A stretch of DNA of 54,785 nucleotides from a virus (lineage: Duplodnaviria; Caudoviricetes). Where the stretch lies: positions 1-54,785 of the IMG/VR virus record IMGVR_UViG_3300044638_001221, one strand, 5' to 3'. Positions 47,004-54,785 of this stretch are shown here, one piece after another (position 1 is the first letter of the stretch; every line of letters begins with the position of its first letter). Made by a program: the position numbers and the translations under genes. The notes under the pieces were generated by a model. That model was not told the origin of the DNA and did not search any database. It was given only the letters and a program-made list of their open reading frames with translations.

Positions 47004-47480
47004 ATGGGTATGCAAACCGACGTTAAATCGCAACACGGTGGAGTTTCTGGCTTGATGGTTCCGTACCGTACTCGCCTTAAAGGAGCGGTTGTTTTTCCGT
47101 TTTCTGGTGCTACTGAGTACACTGTTTTGGTGGACGATCAAAGCATAAGTGGAACTTACGCAAGGGCCACCACAACAGCGACAATTACAGCAACTAATCA
47201 CGGCTTGAAGGCGGGCGATTGGGTTTATTTGGACTGGGATTTGGCGGATAACCCGTACCAAGTTCAAACAGCGTCCACTGCAAATACGTTTACTGTTACT
47301 GTCGCCAATTCTGGCGCAGCCAGCGGAAATGTGACTGTGTGGAATGATGTGCTGCTGCAACTAGACGCATCAAATCAAACTGGGTACAGCGTACCAATTC
47401 CCGGAGAAGGCGTCCTTGCTCATAACGGCGTACGACTTTTCTTAGGCGCTAACACGCATATCACGGTGTTTTATGGCTGA
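47004..47480 (+). CDS. Virion structural protein with an FCCH-like insert
   Basis: MQTDVK..IPGEGVL..TVFYG, with an inserted HGL..GD.V domain. Confidence 0.6.
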   Translation: MGMQTDVKSQHGGVSGLMVPYRTRLKGAVVFPFSGATEYTVLVDDQSISGTYARATTTATITATNHGLKAGDWVYLDWDLADNPYQVQTASTANTFTVTVANSGAASGNVTVWNDVLLQLDASNQTGYSVPIPGEGVLAHNGVRLFLGANTHITVFYG

Positions 47481-48222
47481 TACAGAGAAGAGCGTTAACC
47501 TAGTTGGGCGCAAACTTATGGTTTGCATCCCTGCTTACGACGGCAAGCTGAATATTGATTCGGCTTTTGCGTTGTCCAACCTCGCCGTTAAGGTGCAGTC
47601 GTTGGGGGTTAAGCTCTATCTCACACACCTTTCGGGGTGTTCCCTCATTACAAAGGCACGCAACTGCTTGGTTGCGGACTTTCTCAAATCCGATGCAGAC
47701 ACGCTTTTGTTTATTGATGCTGACGTGGTGGTTACCGCTGACGCAGTACTCCGCCTAATGGCGTTGAGCCTTGACAAAGACATCACGGCTGGTATTTACC
47801 CACGCCGTGGCATGGACCGCAAGTTCTTCCTTGACTACCACCTTGATGAGAATGGTGCGCTTGAGTTTGACAAGAACGGTTTGATGCGCGTAAAACGTAT
47901 CGGTACTGGATTCATGATGATTCAGCGTCACGTCCTTGAGACGATGATTGCTAACCACCCAGAGTGGAGCTATTCCAACAACGTCGATAACCGTACCGAC
48001 AGCGCCATCTTCGACTTGAAGATTGTGAACGGCGAATACTACGGCGAAGATTATCTCTTCTGTGACCGCGCAGCCGAAGACGGTTTTACGGTTTACTTAG
48101 ACCCGTCAATTAGCTTGCCCCATGTGGGGCAGGAAAAGTTTACCCGTAGCTTTGAAGAAGATGTGTTGCAACCTTTGCTTGCTGAACACTGCACTCCGAA
48201 ACTGAAAGTTGTAAATGGCTAA
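47473..48222 (+). CDS. GT-A fold glycosyltransferase
   Basis: IPAY, SLITKARN, LFIDAD (DxD), GTGFMMI, GEDYLFC, HVG. Confidence 0.8.
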   Translation: MADTEKSVNLVGRKLMVCIPAYDGKLNIDSAFALSNLAVKVQSLGVKLYLTHLSGCSLITKARNCLVADFLKSDADTLLFIDADVVVTADAVLRLMALSLDKDITAGIYPRRGMDRKFFLDYHLDENGALEFDKNGLMRVKRIGTGFMMIQRHVLETMIANHPEWSYSNNVDNRTDSAIFDLKIVNGEYYGEDYLFCDRAAEDGFTVYLDPSISLPHVGQEKFTRSFEEDVLQPLLAEHCTPKLKVVNG

Positions 48223-48469
48223 GAAAAACCCATCCCTTGCAGTGGGGCGTGGCGAAAAGCTACCAGTTTCTAAGGGGGCGGGGCTGACTGCCAAAGGCCG
48301 CGCTAAGTACAACGCAGCCACAGGGTCAAACCTCAAAGCGCCACAGCCACAGGGCGGGGCCCGCAAGAAGTCATTCTGTGCCCGCATGTCGGGTATGCCC
48401 GGTCCGATGAAGGACGAAAAAGGCAAGCCTACTCGTAAGGCTGCTTCACTAGCAAGATGGAAATGCTGA
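48215..48469 (+). CDS. Small basic protein
   Basis: GLTAKGR..NLKAP..RKKSFCARM..RWKC. Confidence 0.7.
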   Translation: MAKKNPSLAVGRGEKLPVSKGAGLTAKGRAKYNAATGSNLKAPQPQGGARKKSFCARMSGMPGPMKDEKGKPTRKAASLARWKC

Positions 48470-48470
48470 T

Positions 48471-48731
48471 ATGGAATTAAGCACAATTTGGTCAGCAGTC
48501 CTCTCTGTTTTGATGGGGGTTTTTGGCCTGTTCGTAAAAGAAAAGTTTGCGCAAATGAAAGAAATTGGTGAAGACGCGAAGCGTGTTGAGCGTCTTTTAA
48601 ACATAACTCGCGAGGAGATTGCCCGTGATACAGTTACTCAAGCAGAAGTTCAACGGATTACTGACCACATTGACCAACGCTTTAACAAGCTTGAAGCAAA
48701 AATTGACCAGCTTATTCAAGCGGGAAAATGA
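48471..48731 (+). CDS. Membrane-anchored coiled-coil protein
   Basis: N-terminal TM; LLN.TREEIA. Confidence 0.65.
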   Translation: MELSTIWSAVLSVLMGVFGLFVKEKFAQMKEIGEDAKRVERLLNITREEIARDTVTQAEVQRITDHIDQRFNKLEAKIDQLIQAGK

Positions 48732-49171
48732 TGCCAAGCACGAGTAAGAAGCAACACAATTTCATGGCTGCGGTGGCTAACAACCCATCATTTGCCAAGA
48801 AAGCGGGAGTCCCACAGTCCGTTGGTAAAGACTTTACCGACGCTGATAAGGGCAAGAAGTTTGGTAAGGGTAGTAGTACCCGCGCTGATGTACAAGGTAT
48901 TAACCAGCCAAAGACCAATCACGGTGCGATGGCATTTTTTAAAAGAGGTGGAACTATGGCTACTAAGAAAATGAACGAAGGTTTTATGGCAATGATAGCT
49001 AAGAAAAAAGCTGGAGCCGAAGCGCCGTCTAAGATGGGCAAACCTGTGATGAAAAAAGGCATGGACACTGCCAAAGACGGAATGAAAATGGCTAAAGGTG
49101 GCGGCATTGAGTCCAAGGGTAAAACCAAAGGCAAAATGATTACCATGAAGTCCGGCGGCAAAGCCTGCTAA
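48728..49171 (+). CDS. Lys/Met/Gly-rich protein
   Basis: MPSTSKKQHNFMAAVA start; three xxGG motifs. Confidence 0.65.
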   Translation: MMPSTSKKQHNFMAAVANNPSFAKKAGVPQSVGKDFTDADKGKKFGKGSSTRADVQGINQPKTNHGAMAFFKRGGTMATKKMNEGFMAMIAKKKAGAEAPSKMGKPVMKKGMDTAKDGMKMAKGGGIESKGKTKGKMITMKSGGKAC

Positions 49172-49174
49172 ACC

Positions 49175-49450
49175 ATGATGCCTAGCCGTGGTATGGGGGC
49201 TGTTGCCTCCAGCAAAATGCCTAAAGGCGTGAAAAAAGCACGCCGGGACGATACCGATTTCACCGAATATAAAAAGGGTGGGAAGGTTAACGCGGCGGGC
49301 AATTACACAAAACCCAGTCTTCGCAAGAAGATTGTGTCTCAGGTAAAAGCCGCAGCAGCGCAAGGCACAGGTGCAGGACAGTGGTCAGCACGCAAGGCCC
49401 AACTTGTAGCCAAGAAGTACAAGGCGGCGGGTGGTGGGTACAAAGATTGA
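49175..49450 (+). CDS. Small basic protein
   Basis: NYTKP.LRK..GQWSARKAQL..YK.AGGGY. Confidence 0.7.
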   Translation: MMPSRGMGAVASSKMPKGVKKARRDDTDFTEYKKGGKVNAAGNYTKPSLRKKIVSQVKAAAAQGTGAGQWSARKAQLVAKKYKAAGGGYKD

Positions 49451-49680
49451 AAGCGCCACAGCAATCCCTAAAAAATTGGGGCGACCAGAAATGGCGTACC
49501 AAGTCGGGGAAACCTTCTTCCAAAACGGGAGAGCGTTACTTGCCAGAAGCAGCAATCAAGTCTTTAAGCCCCGCGGAGTATGCGGCGACTACCCGTGCTA
49601 AGCGCAAGGGTAAAGCGGTAGGTAAACAGTTTGTAGCGCAACCAAAAGGTATTGCAAAGAAAACAGCAGGATTTAGATAA
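49447..49680 (+). CDS. Small basic protein
   Basis: TTG start overlapping the previous stop; QQSLK.W..QKWRTKSGKPS..GERYLP. Confidence 0.65.
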   Translation: MKAPQQSLKNWGDQKWRTKSGKPSSKTGERYLPEAAIKSLSPAEYAATTRAKRKGKAVGKQFVAQPKGIAKKTAGFR

Positions 49681-50612
49681 TGGCATACACCTCTGGCAGC
49701 ACATCGTTCAACCTTGACCTCTCCGAGTTAGTCGAAGAGGCGTTTGAGCGCGCAGGTTCAGAGCTACGTACTGGCTATGACTTACGCACAGCGCGGCGTT
49801 CGTTGAACCTGATGTTTGCTGAGTGGGCCAACCGTGGCATCAACATGTGGACGTTTGAGCAGGGCACAATCACCCTGACTCCGGGCTTACCCACATACGC
49901 GCTACCGCTGGATACCGTGGATTTACTAGACCATGTGATTCGCACACAAGCGAATGTGACGGCTACTCAGGCTGACCTGACCATCACGCGTATTAGTGTT
50001 TCTACCTATGCCACGCTGCCCAACAAACTGCAACAGGCCCGTCCTATCCAAGTGTGGGTTCAACGGCTAGATGGGCAGACCTCGCCTACCACTTCTACGT
50101 TGAATGGGGCCATAACCTCCACAACAGCCACCACAATCGTTTTAAACACCGTGGTAGGGCTACCCGCCACAGGGTTCATTAAAGTCGATTCTGAGACGAT
50201 CTGGTACGGCTATATTGATGGCAACACCCTTGGCAACTGCTTTAGAGGCCAAAACAACACAACTGCGGCGACCCACATCACGGGTACAGCCGTGTACGTA
50301 CAGAATTTACCTTCCATCACCGTGTGGCCTACACCTGACAGTTCGCAGACTTATCAGTTCGTGTACTGGCGCATGCGCCGTACCCAAGACGCTGGCGGCG
50401 GTGTAAATGTCATGGATGTGCCGTTCCGCTTTGTGCCATGTATGGCGGCGGGTTTGGCGTACCACGTAGCCCTCAAAGTGCCCGGTGGGCTAGAGCGCAT
50501 ACAGCTTTTGAAAGCCCAGTACGACGAAGCATGGATGGTTGCTGCTGACGAAGACCAAGAACGTGCGGCAGTGCGCTTCGTTCCAAGGCAGATGTTTATC
50601 GGGGGAACGTAA
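49680..50612 (+). CDS. Head-tail adaptor/neck protein
   Basis: EEAFERAG..YDLRTARRSLN..WANRG.N.WT, PFRF..GLAY. Confidence 0.65.
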   Translation: MAYTSGSTSFNLDLSELVEEAFERAGSELRTGYDLRTARRSLNLMFAEWANRGINMWTFEQGTITLTPGLPTYALPLDTVDLLDHVIRTQANVTATQADLTITRISVSTYATLPNKLQQARPIQVWVQRLDGQTSPTTSTLNGAITSTTATTIVLNTVVGLPATGFIKVDSETIWYGYIDGNTLGNCFRGQNNTTAATHITGTAVYVQNLPSITVWPTPDSSQTYQFVYWRMRRTQDAGGGVNVMDVPFRFVPCMAAGLAYHVALKVPGGLERIQLLKAQYDEAWMVAADEDQERAAVRFVPRQMFIGGT

Positions 50613-51001
50613 TGGGTAATCGGTACGCGTCAGGCAAGAATGCGATTGCGGAATGCGACCGTTGCGGGTTTCGTTTCAAACTGACCAAACTGCGGCGCGA
50701 GGTCGTAAAGACCAAGAATTACGACTTGCTTGTGTGCGGCCCCTGTTGGGACCCAGACCAGCCCCAGCTTCAACTGGGTATGTATCCAGTTGACGACCCA
50801 CAAGGTGTGCGTGACCCACGCCCTGACAGAAGTTACCAAATTTCTGGCTTGGATACGGAAGGATACCTTGGAGGTGGCAGCAGGGTTTTTGAATGGGGGT
50901 GGAACCCTGTAGGCGGGGCATCATTTTTTGATGCAGCTTTAACACCAAATGCCTTGGCTTTAACCGTAAGTCTTGGTACAGTAACGATAGCAACAACTTA
51001 G
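50612..51001 (+). CDS. Zinc-finger virion-module protein
   Basis: CDRCG..VCGPCWD.D.PQ. Confidence 0.65.
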   Translation: MGNRYASGKNAIAECDRCGFRFKLTKLRREVVKTKNYDLLVCGPCWDPDQPQLQLGMYPVDDPQGVRDPRPDRSYQISGLDTEGYLGGGSRVFEWGWNPVGGASFFDAALTPNALALTVSLGTVTIATT

Positions 51002-51004
51002 GAG

Positions 51005-51190
51005 TTGAAAATGGACAAAGCAGACTTAAAACAGGACAAGAAAATGATGGCAGGTGCCGTGCATAAGCACGAGAAAAAGATGCACCCCGGCAAGCCAATG
51101 ACTAAATTAGCCAAAGGCGGCAAGACTAACGAAATGATGAAGAGCATGGGCCGTGGTATGGCTAAAGTTGCAAATCAAGGGGGCAAGTGA
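51005..51190 (+). CDS. Small Lys-rich protein
   Basis: KHEKKMHPGK, LAKGG. Confidence 0.6.
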   Translation: MKMDKADLKQDKKMMAGAVHKHEKKMHPGKPMTKLAKGGKTNEMMKSMGRGMAKVANQGGK

Positions 51191-51447
51191 TGGCTAAATT
51201 CAGCATGAAAAAAGGCGGTAAAGAAGTTGGCGCTGCCAGCGTCTACGCCAAACCCCACGATATGTCTGGTAAAGAAACCAAGGCTGTAGTCCCAACTGAG
51301 ACTGGCGCTAAACGCATGACAGAGATGAATCCCTCTGTTGGCGGTATCAGCAAGGGTAACTACCCACCCACCAAAACTAGTGGTATTAAAATCCGTGGTA
51401 CTGGCGCGGCTACTAGAGGCGTGATGGCTAGAGGACCAATGGGATGA
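51187..51447 (+). CDS. Small Lys-rich protein
   Basis: MKKGG; RGTGAATRG..RGPMG C-terminus. Confidence 0.65.
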   Translation: MMAKFSMKKGGKEVGAASVYAKPHDMSGKETKAVVPTETGAKRMTEMNPSVGGISKGNYPPTKTSGIKIRGTGAATRGVMARGPMG

Positions 51448-52166
51448 CCTACACGGAGTTAATAACAGCGATTCAAACGTATACAGAAAATACGTTTCCC
51501 GCCACCACTTTGGCGGACGGAACACCTGTGTCTTCAACGACCCAATTGAATCGCTTTATTACACAGGCTGAACAGCGTATTTATAACTCTGTTCAGTTCC
51601 CATCCCTACGTAAAAACGTAACTGGTAGCGTTACTTCCGCAAATAAATATCTGTCTTGCCCTGACGATTTTCTGTCTACCTACTCGTTAGCAGTGATTGA
51701 CGCTGCTGGTGTGTACACGTTCTTGCTTAACAAAGATGTTAACTTCATCCGTGAAGCGTACCCACAGCCAACCGATACAGCCATTCCTAAGTACTACGCC
51801 TTGTTTGGCCCAACGGTTACGTCTTCTACGATCAGCAATGAGTTGTCGTTTATCGTGGGCCCAACACCAGATGCTACATACAGTGTAGAACTGCATTACT
51901 ACTACTACCCGCAATCAATCACAGTTACCGCTTCTGGGCAGACTTGGTTGGGCGACAACTTTGACACAGTCCTCTTGTACGGTTCGCTGGTTGAAGCGTA
52001 CACCTACATGAAGGGCGAAACTGACATCATTACTTTGTACGATATCAAGTACAAAGAAGCACTTGCGCTTGCTAAACGCCTTGGTGACGGTCTGGAACGC
52101 AGCGATGCGTACCGCAGTGGTCAAGCGCGGGAAGCCCCGTTGCCACAGAATTTCGGGGTTAAATAA
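51444..52166 (+). CDS. Tail tubular protein A-like adaptor
   Basis: MTY.EL..AIQ.YTE, QAEQRI, PKYYA, PTPD, LLYGSLVEAY. Confidence 0.7.
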   Translation: MTYTELITAIQTYTENTFPATTLADGTPVSSTTQLNRFITQAEQRIYNSVQFPSLRKNVTGSVTSANKYLSCPDDFLSTYSLAVIDAAGVYTFLLNKDVNFIREAYPQPTDTAIPKYYALFGPTVTSSTISNELSFIVGPTPDATYSVELHYYYYPQSITVTASGQTWLGDNFDTVLLYGSLVEAYTYMKGETDIITLYDIKYKEALALAKRLGDGLERSDAYRSGQAREAPLPQNFGVK

Positions 52167-52609
52167 TGGCGTTTACAGGCAATTGGGCAACCAACACGTT
52201 TAAGACAGGCATGCTGGGCGGCGTGTTTAACTTTGATACTGGGACTTCTCAAGTATTCAAGATTGCTTTGTACACCAACGCAGCCACACTAGATGCCACT
52301 ACAGCAGCCTATACAAGCACGGGTGAAACGTCTGGCGGGAATTACGCGGCTGGCGGGCAAATTTTGGTTATTAGCCAAGTTCCGACAATTGGCACCCAAA
52401 CAGGCGCTGCAACAACGTACTTATCTTTTACAAACGCCGCATGGAGTGGCGCAATCACCGCACGAGGCGCGTTGATTTACTTGGCTAACGGCACAACAAA
52501 CCCAACGGTTTGTGTGTTAGATTTTGGCGCAGACAAGACCTCAACAGCAACCTTCACCGTACAATTCCCAGCAGTCACTAATACGTCTGCGATTATTCGA
52601 CTCTCATAG
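52166..52609 (+). CDS. Tail structural protein
   Basis: FKIALYT..TARGALIY..VLDFG.DK..FT.QFP. Confidence 0.65.
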   Translation: MAFTGNWATNTFKTGMLGGVFNFDTGTSQVFKIALYTNAATLDATTAAYTSTGETSGGNYAAGGQILVISQVPTIGTQTGAATTYLSFTNAAWSGAITARGALIYLANGTTNPTVCVLDFGADKTSTATFTVQFPAVTNTSAIIRLS

Positions 52610-52617
52610 GAGCCACC

Positions 52618-53217
52618 ATGCACAAAGAACAATCAGGTTTTGGCGATAACGCCGTAGCCACCCTGCAAGCTAATGCGTCCATCCCAGAGGGTATGGGTAT
52701 TGAGGGTTACTACCAAGTCGAGTGCCGTGACGCACAGGGCAACCTCAAGTGGGACGAGGCGTTCCCTAACTTGGTGGTAGCTGTTGGCAAAGAGTTGTTG
52801 CTGGACACCCTGCTCCGCACATCTGGAACATACACCACCGTTGGGCCATTCCTTGGCCTGATTAACAACAGCACCACGTTTGCAGCAGCAGACACCATGT
52901 CTTCTAAGACGTGGACAGAGTTGACTACCTACACCGTTGGCGGCTCAGCGGTTCGCGGCACAGCGGTATTTGCGGCGGCTAGTTCGTCTGGCTTAACTCC
53001 ATCGAACGTGACTACGTCTACAGCCACAGCGATTACTTACACAATGACAGGTTCTGCTACTGTGTATGGTTGTTTCTTGGTGACAGGTACTGGCGCAGTC
53101 AGCACAATCTCTAGCACTGCGGGTACTTTGTACTCCGAAGGTAACTTCAGCACTGCCAAGACTGTTACTTCTGGCGACACCGTAACTGTTACCTACTCGA
53201 CTACTGCGACTTCATAA
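52618..53217 (+). CDS. Tail structural protein
   Basis: NLVV..G, T/S-rich beta protein, GD...VTY. Confidence 0.6.
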   Translation: MHKEQSGFGDNAVATLQANASIPEGMGIEGYYQVECRDAQGNLKWDEAFPNLVVAVGKELLLDTLLRTSGTYTTVGPFLGLINNSTTFAAADTMSSKTWTELTTYTVGGSAVRGTAVFAAASSSGLTPSNVTTSTATAITYTMTGSATVYGCFLVTGTGAVSTISSTAGTLYSEGNFSTAKTVTSGDTVTVTYSTTATS

Positions 53218-53227
53218 GGGGTCTTAA

Positions 53228-54271
53228 ATGGCTCTAGCCCTCAATGACCGGGTACAACAGACTGGCACAGCCAACACCACAGTAAGTTTTACGCTTACTG
53301 GCTCTGTCGCGGGCTTCCAGTCCTTTGCCGTGGTGGGCAATGGTAATACCACCTACTATTCTTCCTTTGACGCTACGGGCAATTGGGAGGTAGGGGTTGG
53401 TACATATTCAACGACTGGCCCAACGCTAACGCGTACAACTATTCTGTCGTCCAGCAACTCCGGTTCAGCGGTTACGTTCAGCGGTACGGTCAATGTCTTT
53501 GTAACCTATCCATCTAGCAAGTCTGTTAATTTAGACGCATCTGGTAACGTCAGTCCGTTGGGCACAATTGCTTCTGGTACTTGGCAAGGCACAACCGTAG
53601 GTGTGGCTTACGGCGGCACAGGCGTAACTTCCTCCTCTGGCGCTAACTCGGTGATGATTCGTGATGCTAACCAGAACGTATCTATTAACCGACTTAACCA
53701 ATCCAATACCTCTATTGCGGCGGCAGGTGGCACAACGGCGCTAACTGCGGCATCTAGTTACTCTCAGACCCTTACTGGCACAGGCAACCAGACTTACACA
53801 ATGCCAGATGCGACTACCCTGAGTACAGGCGTAGCGTTTGGGTTTAACAATAACGCAACTGGAACACTGACACTCCAAGACTATGCCACTGGCTCGATTG
53901 GAACGATTACCTCTGGTGGCGCGATTGAACTTGTATTGGTATCTAACGCCACTGTTGCGGGTACATGGGACTACCACGGGTATCTCCCAGAGAATGTGAC
54001 TTGGGGTACTAACGCCCTTAACATGAACTCTACGGTCATCACAGGCGGTACATGGCAGGGTGGAACTATTGCTAGTAATTATGGTGGTACAGGGCTAACA
54101 AGCTACGCCGTTGGTGACATTTCTTACTACGTTTCTGGCACTGCCCTGTCTAAATTGCCAATTGGTGCAAACGGGTATGTTTTGACTTCAAATGGTACAG
54201 GCCCAACATGGGCAGCAAGCACCGCAGCCTCAGTTGACCAAGCGTACTATTTTGCTTTTATGATGGGATAA
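53228..54271 (+). CDS. Tail fibre protein
   Basis: DRV..T, WEVG.GT, repeated GTWQG..YGGTG, LPIGANGYVLTS. Confidence 0.7.
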   Translation: MALALNDRVQQTGTANTTVSFTLTGSVAGFQSFAVVGNGNTTYYSSFDATGNWEVGVGTYSTTGPTLTRTTILSSSNSGSAVTFSGTVNVFVTYPSSKSVNLDASGNVSPLGTIASGTWQGTTVGVAYGGTGVTSSSGANSVMIRDANQNVSINRLNQSNTSIAAAGGTTALTAASSYSQTLTGTGNQTYTMPDATTLSTGVAFGFNNNATGTLTLQDYATGSIGTITSGGAIELVLVSNATVAGTWDYHGYLPENVTWGTNALNMNSTVITGGTWQGGTIASNYGGTGLTSYAVGDISYYVSGTALSKLPIGANGYVLTSNGTGPTWAASTAASVDQAYYFAFMMG

Positions 54272-54274
54272 GAA

Positions 54275-54598
54275 ATGGCTACCTACACCAACGTATCGTA
54301 TGGGGTTAAGAACGTAAGCACGAGCGGTTCAACCGTTACAACAGTTTCTTCTGGCACATTGGCTGTAGCCAGCCTTGTGGTGTCCAACACTTCCGTTTCC
54401 CCGATTACCTGTGACGTTTACATCACCCGTTCGGCGGTTAACTACTATTTAGTAGAGACAGCAACCGTCCCAGTTGGCGGGTCGTTAGAGGTAATTCAAG
54501 GCAACAGGATTATTTTGCAGGCTTCAGATGTTTTAGTAGTACTCTCAAGCGCAGCAACATCGGCAGACGCTTGGGTATCAGGATTGACGGTGGTCTAA
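54275..54598 (+). CDS. Tail-fibre associated protein
   Basis: VPVGGSLEV..IILQASD.L. Confidence 0.6.
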   Translation: MATYTNVSYGVKNVSTSGSTVTTVSSGTLAVASLVVSNTSVSPITCDVYITRSAVNYYLVETATVPVGGSLEVIQGNRIILQASDVLVVLSSAATSADAWVSGLTVV

Positions 54599-54785
54599 AT
54601 GGCGTATCTAGGCAACACCCCTACACAGCAGGCGTTTACACCAGCCATTGATTATTTTAATGGTAATGCCTCTGCCACGTCATTCACGCTGTCTCGCCCC
54701 GTTGCGTCTGTGGCGCAGGTACAGGTAACTATTGATAACGTAGCCCAGAATCCTAGTTCTGCTTACACGGTCAGCGGTAACACAA
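54599..54785 (+). CDS. Tail fibre protein (3' truncated)
   Basis: Read by hand: MAYLGNTP..FNGNASATSFTLS..DNVAQNP..YTVSGNT. Confidence 0.7.
   Translation, partial: MAYLGNTPTQQAFTPAIDYFNGNASATSFTLSRPVASVAQVQVTIDNVAQNPSSAYTVSGNT

Noticed and set aside
1-54785. Stop-codon recoding, DGR or retron system
   Set aside because: Long genes are intact in code 11; no reverse transcriptase or TR/VR pair seen.

Overview
The window is most of the genome of a tailed dsDNA phage (Caudoviricetes) with podovirus-type organisation. It has a P22-like portal, tail-tube/adaptor proteins and large internal ejection proteins, and no recognisable tape-measure protein. It is probably circularly permuted, since it opens inside a holin gene and ends inside a tail-fibre gene. 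There are two arms. The + strand late arm runs 37967-54785 (terminase, portal, GroES, scaffold, capsid, glycosyltransferase, small Lys-rich proteins, neck, fibres) and continues 1-14998 (holin, M15 endolysin, tail protein, GNAT, ejection proteins, 2308-aa polyvalent protein). The - strand early/replication arm runs 37581 to 15076 (small early genes, M28-like peptidase, MoxR-type AAA+/vWA pair, VRR-NUC, family A DNA polymerase, Cas4-like nuclease, HNH, SNF2 helicase, SSB, primase-helicase). No integrase, tRNA, rRNA or CRISPR array was seen. The most unusual signals are non-coding or hidden: (1) a ~550-600 nt densely structured RNA behind a consensus early promoter and boxA; (2) eight copies of a 16-bp palindrome TTCCTAC-N2-GTAGGAA through the early region; (3) an L,D-transpeptidase-like domain inside the giant ejection protein; (4) a probable overprinted gene in that same protein; (5) a hydrophobic-x-x-GG motif shared by putative capsid-internal proteins; (6) a chained double-pseudoknot leader after the capsid gene. 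All family calls come from motif recognition by eye. No database search was run.
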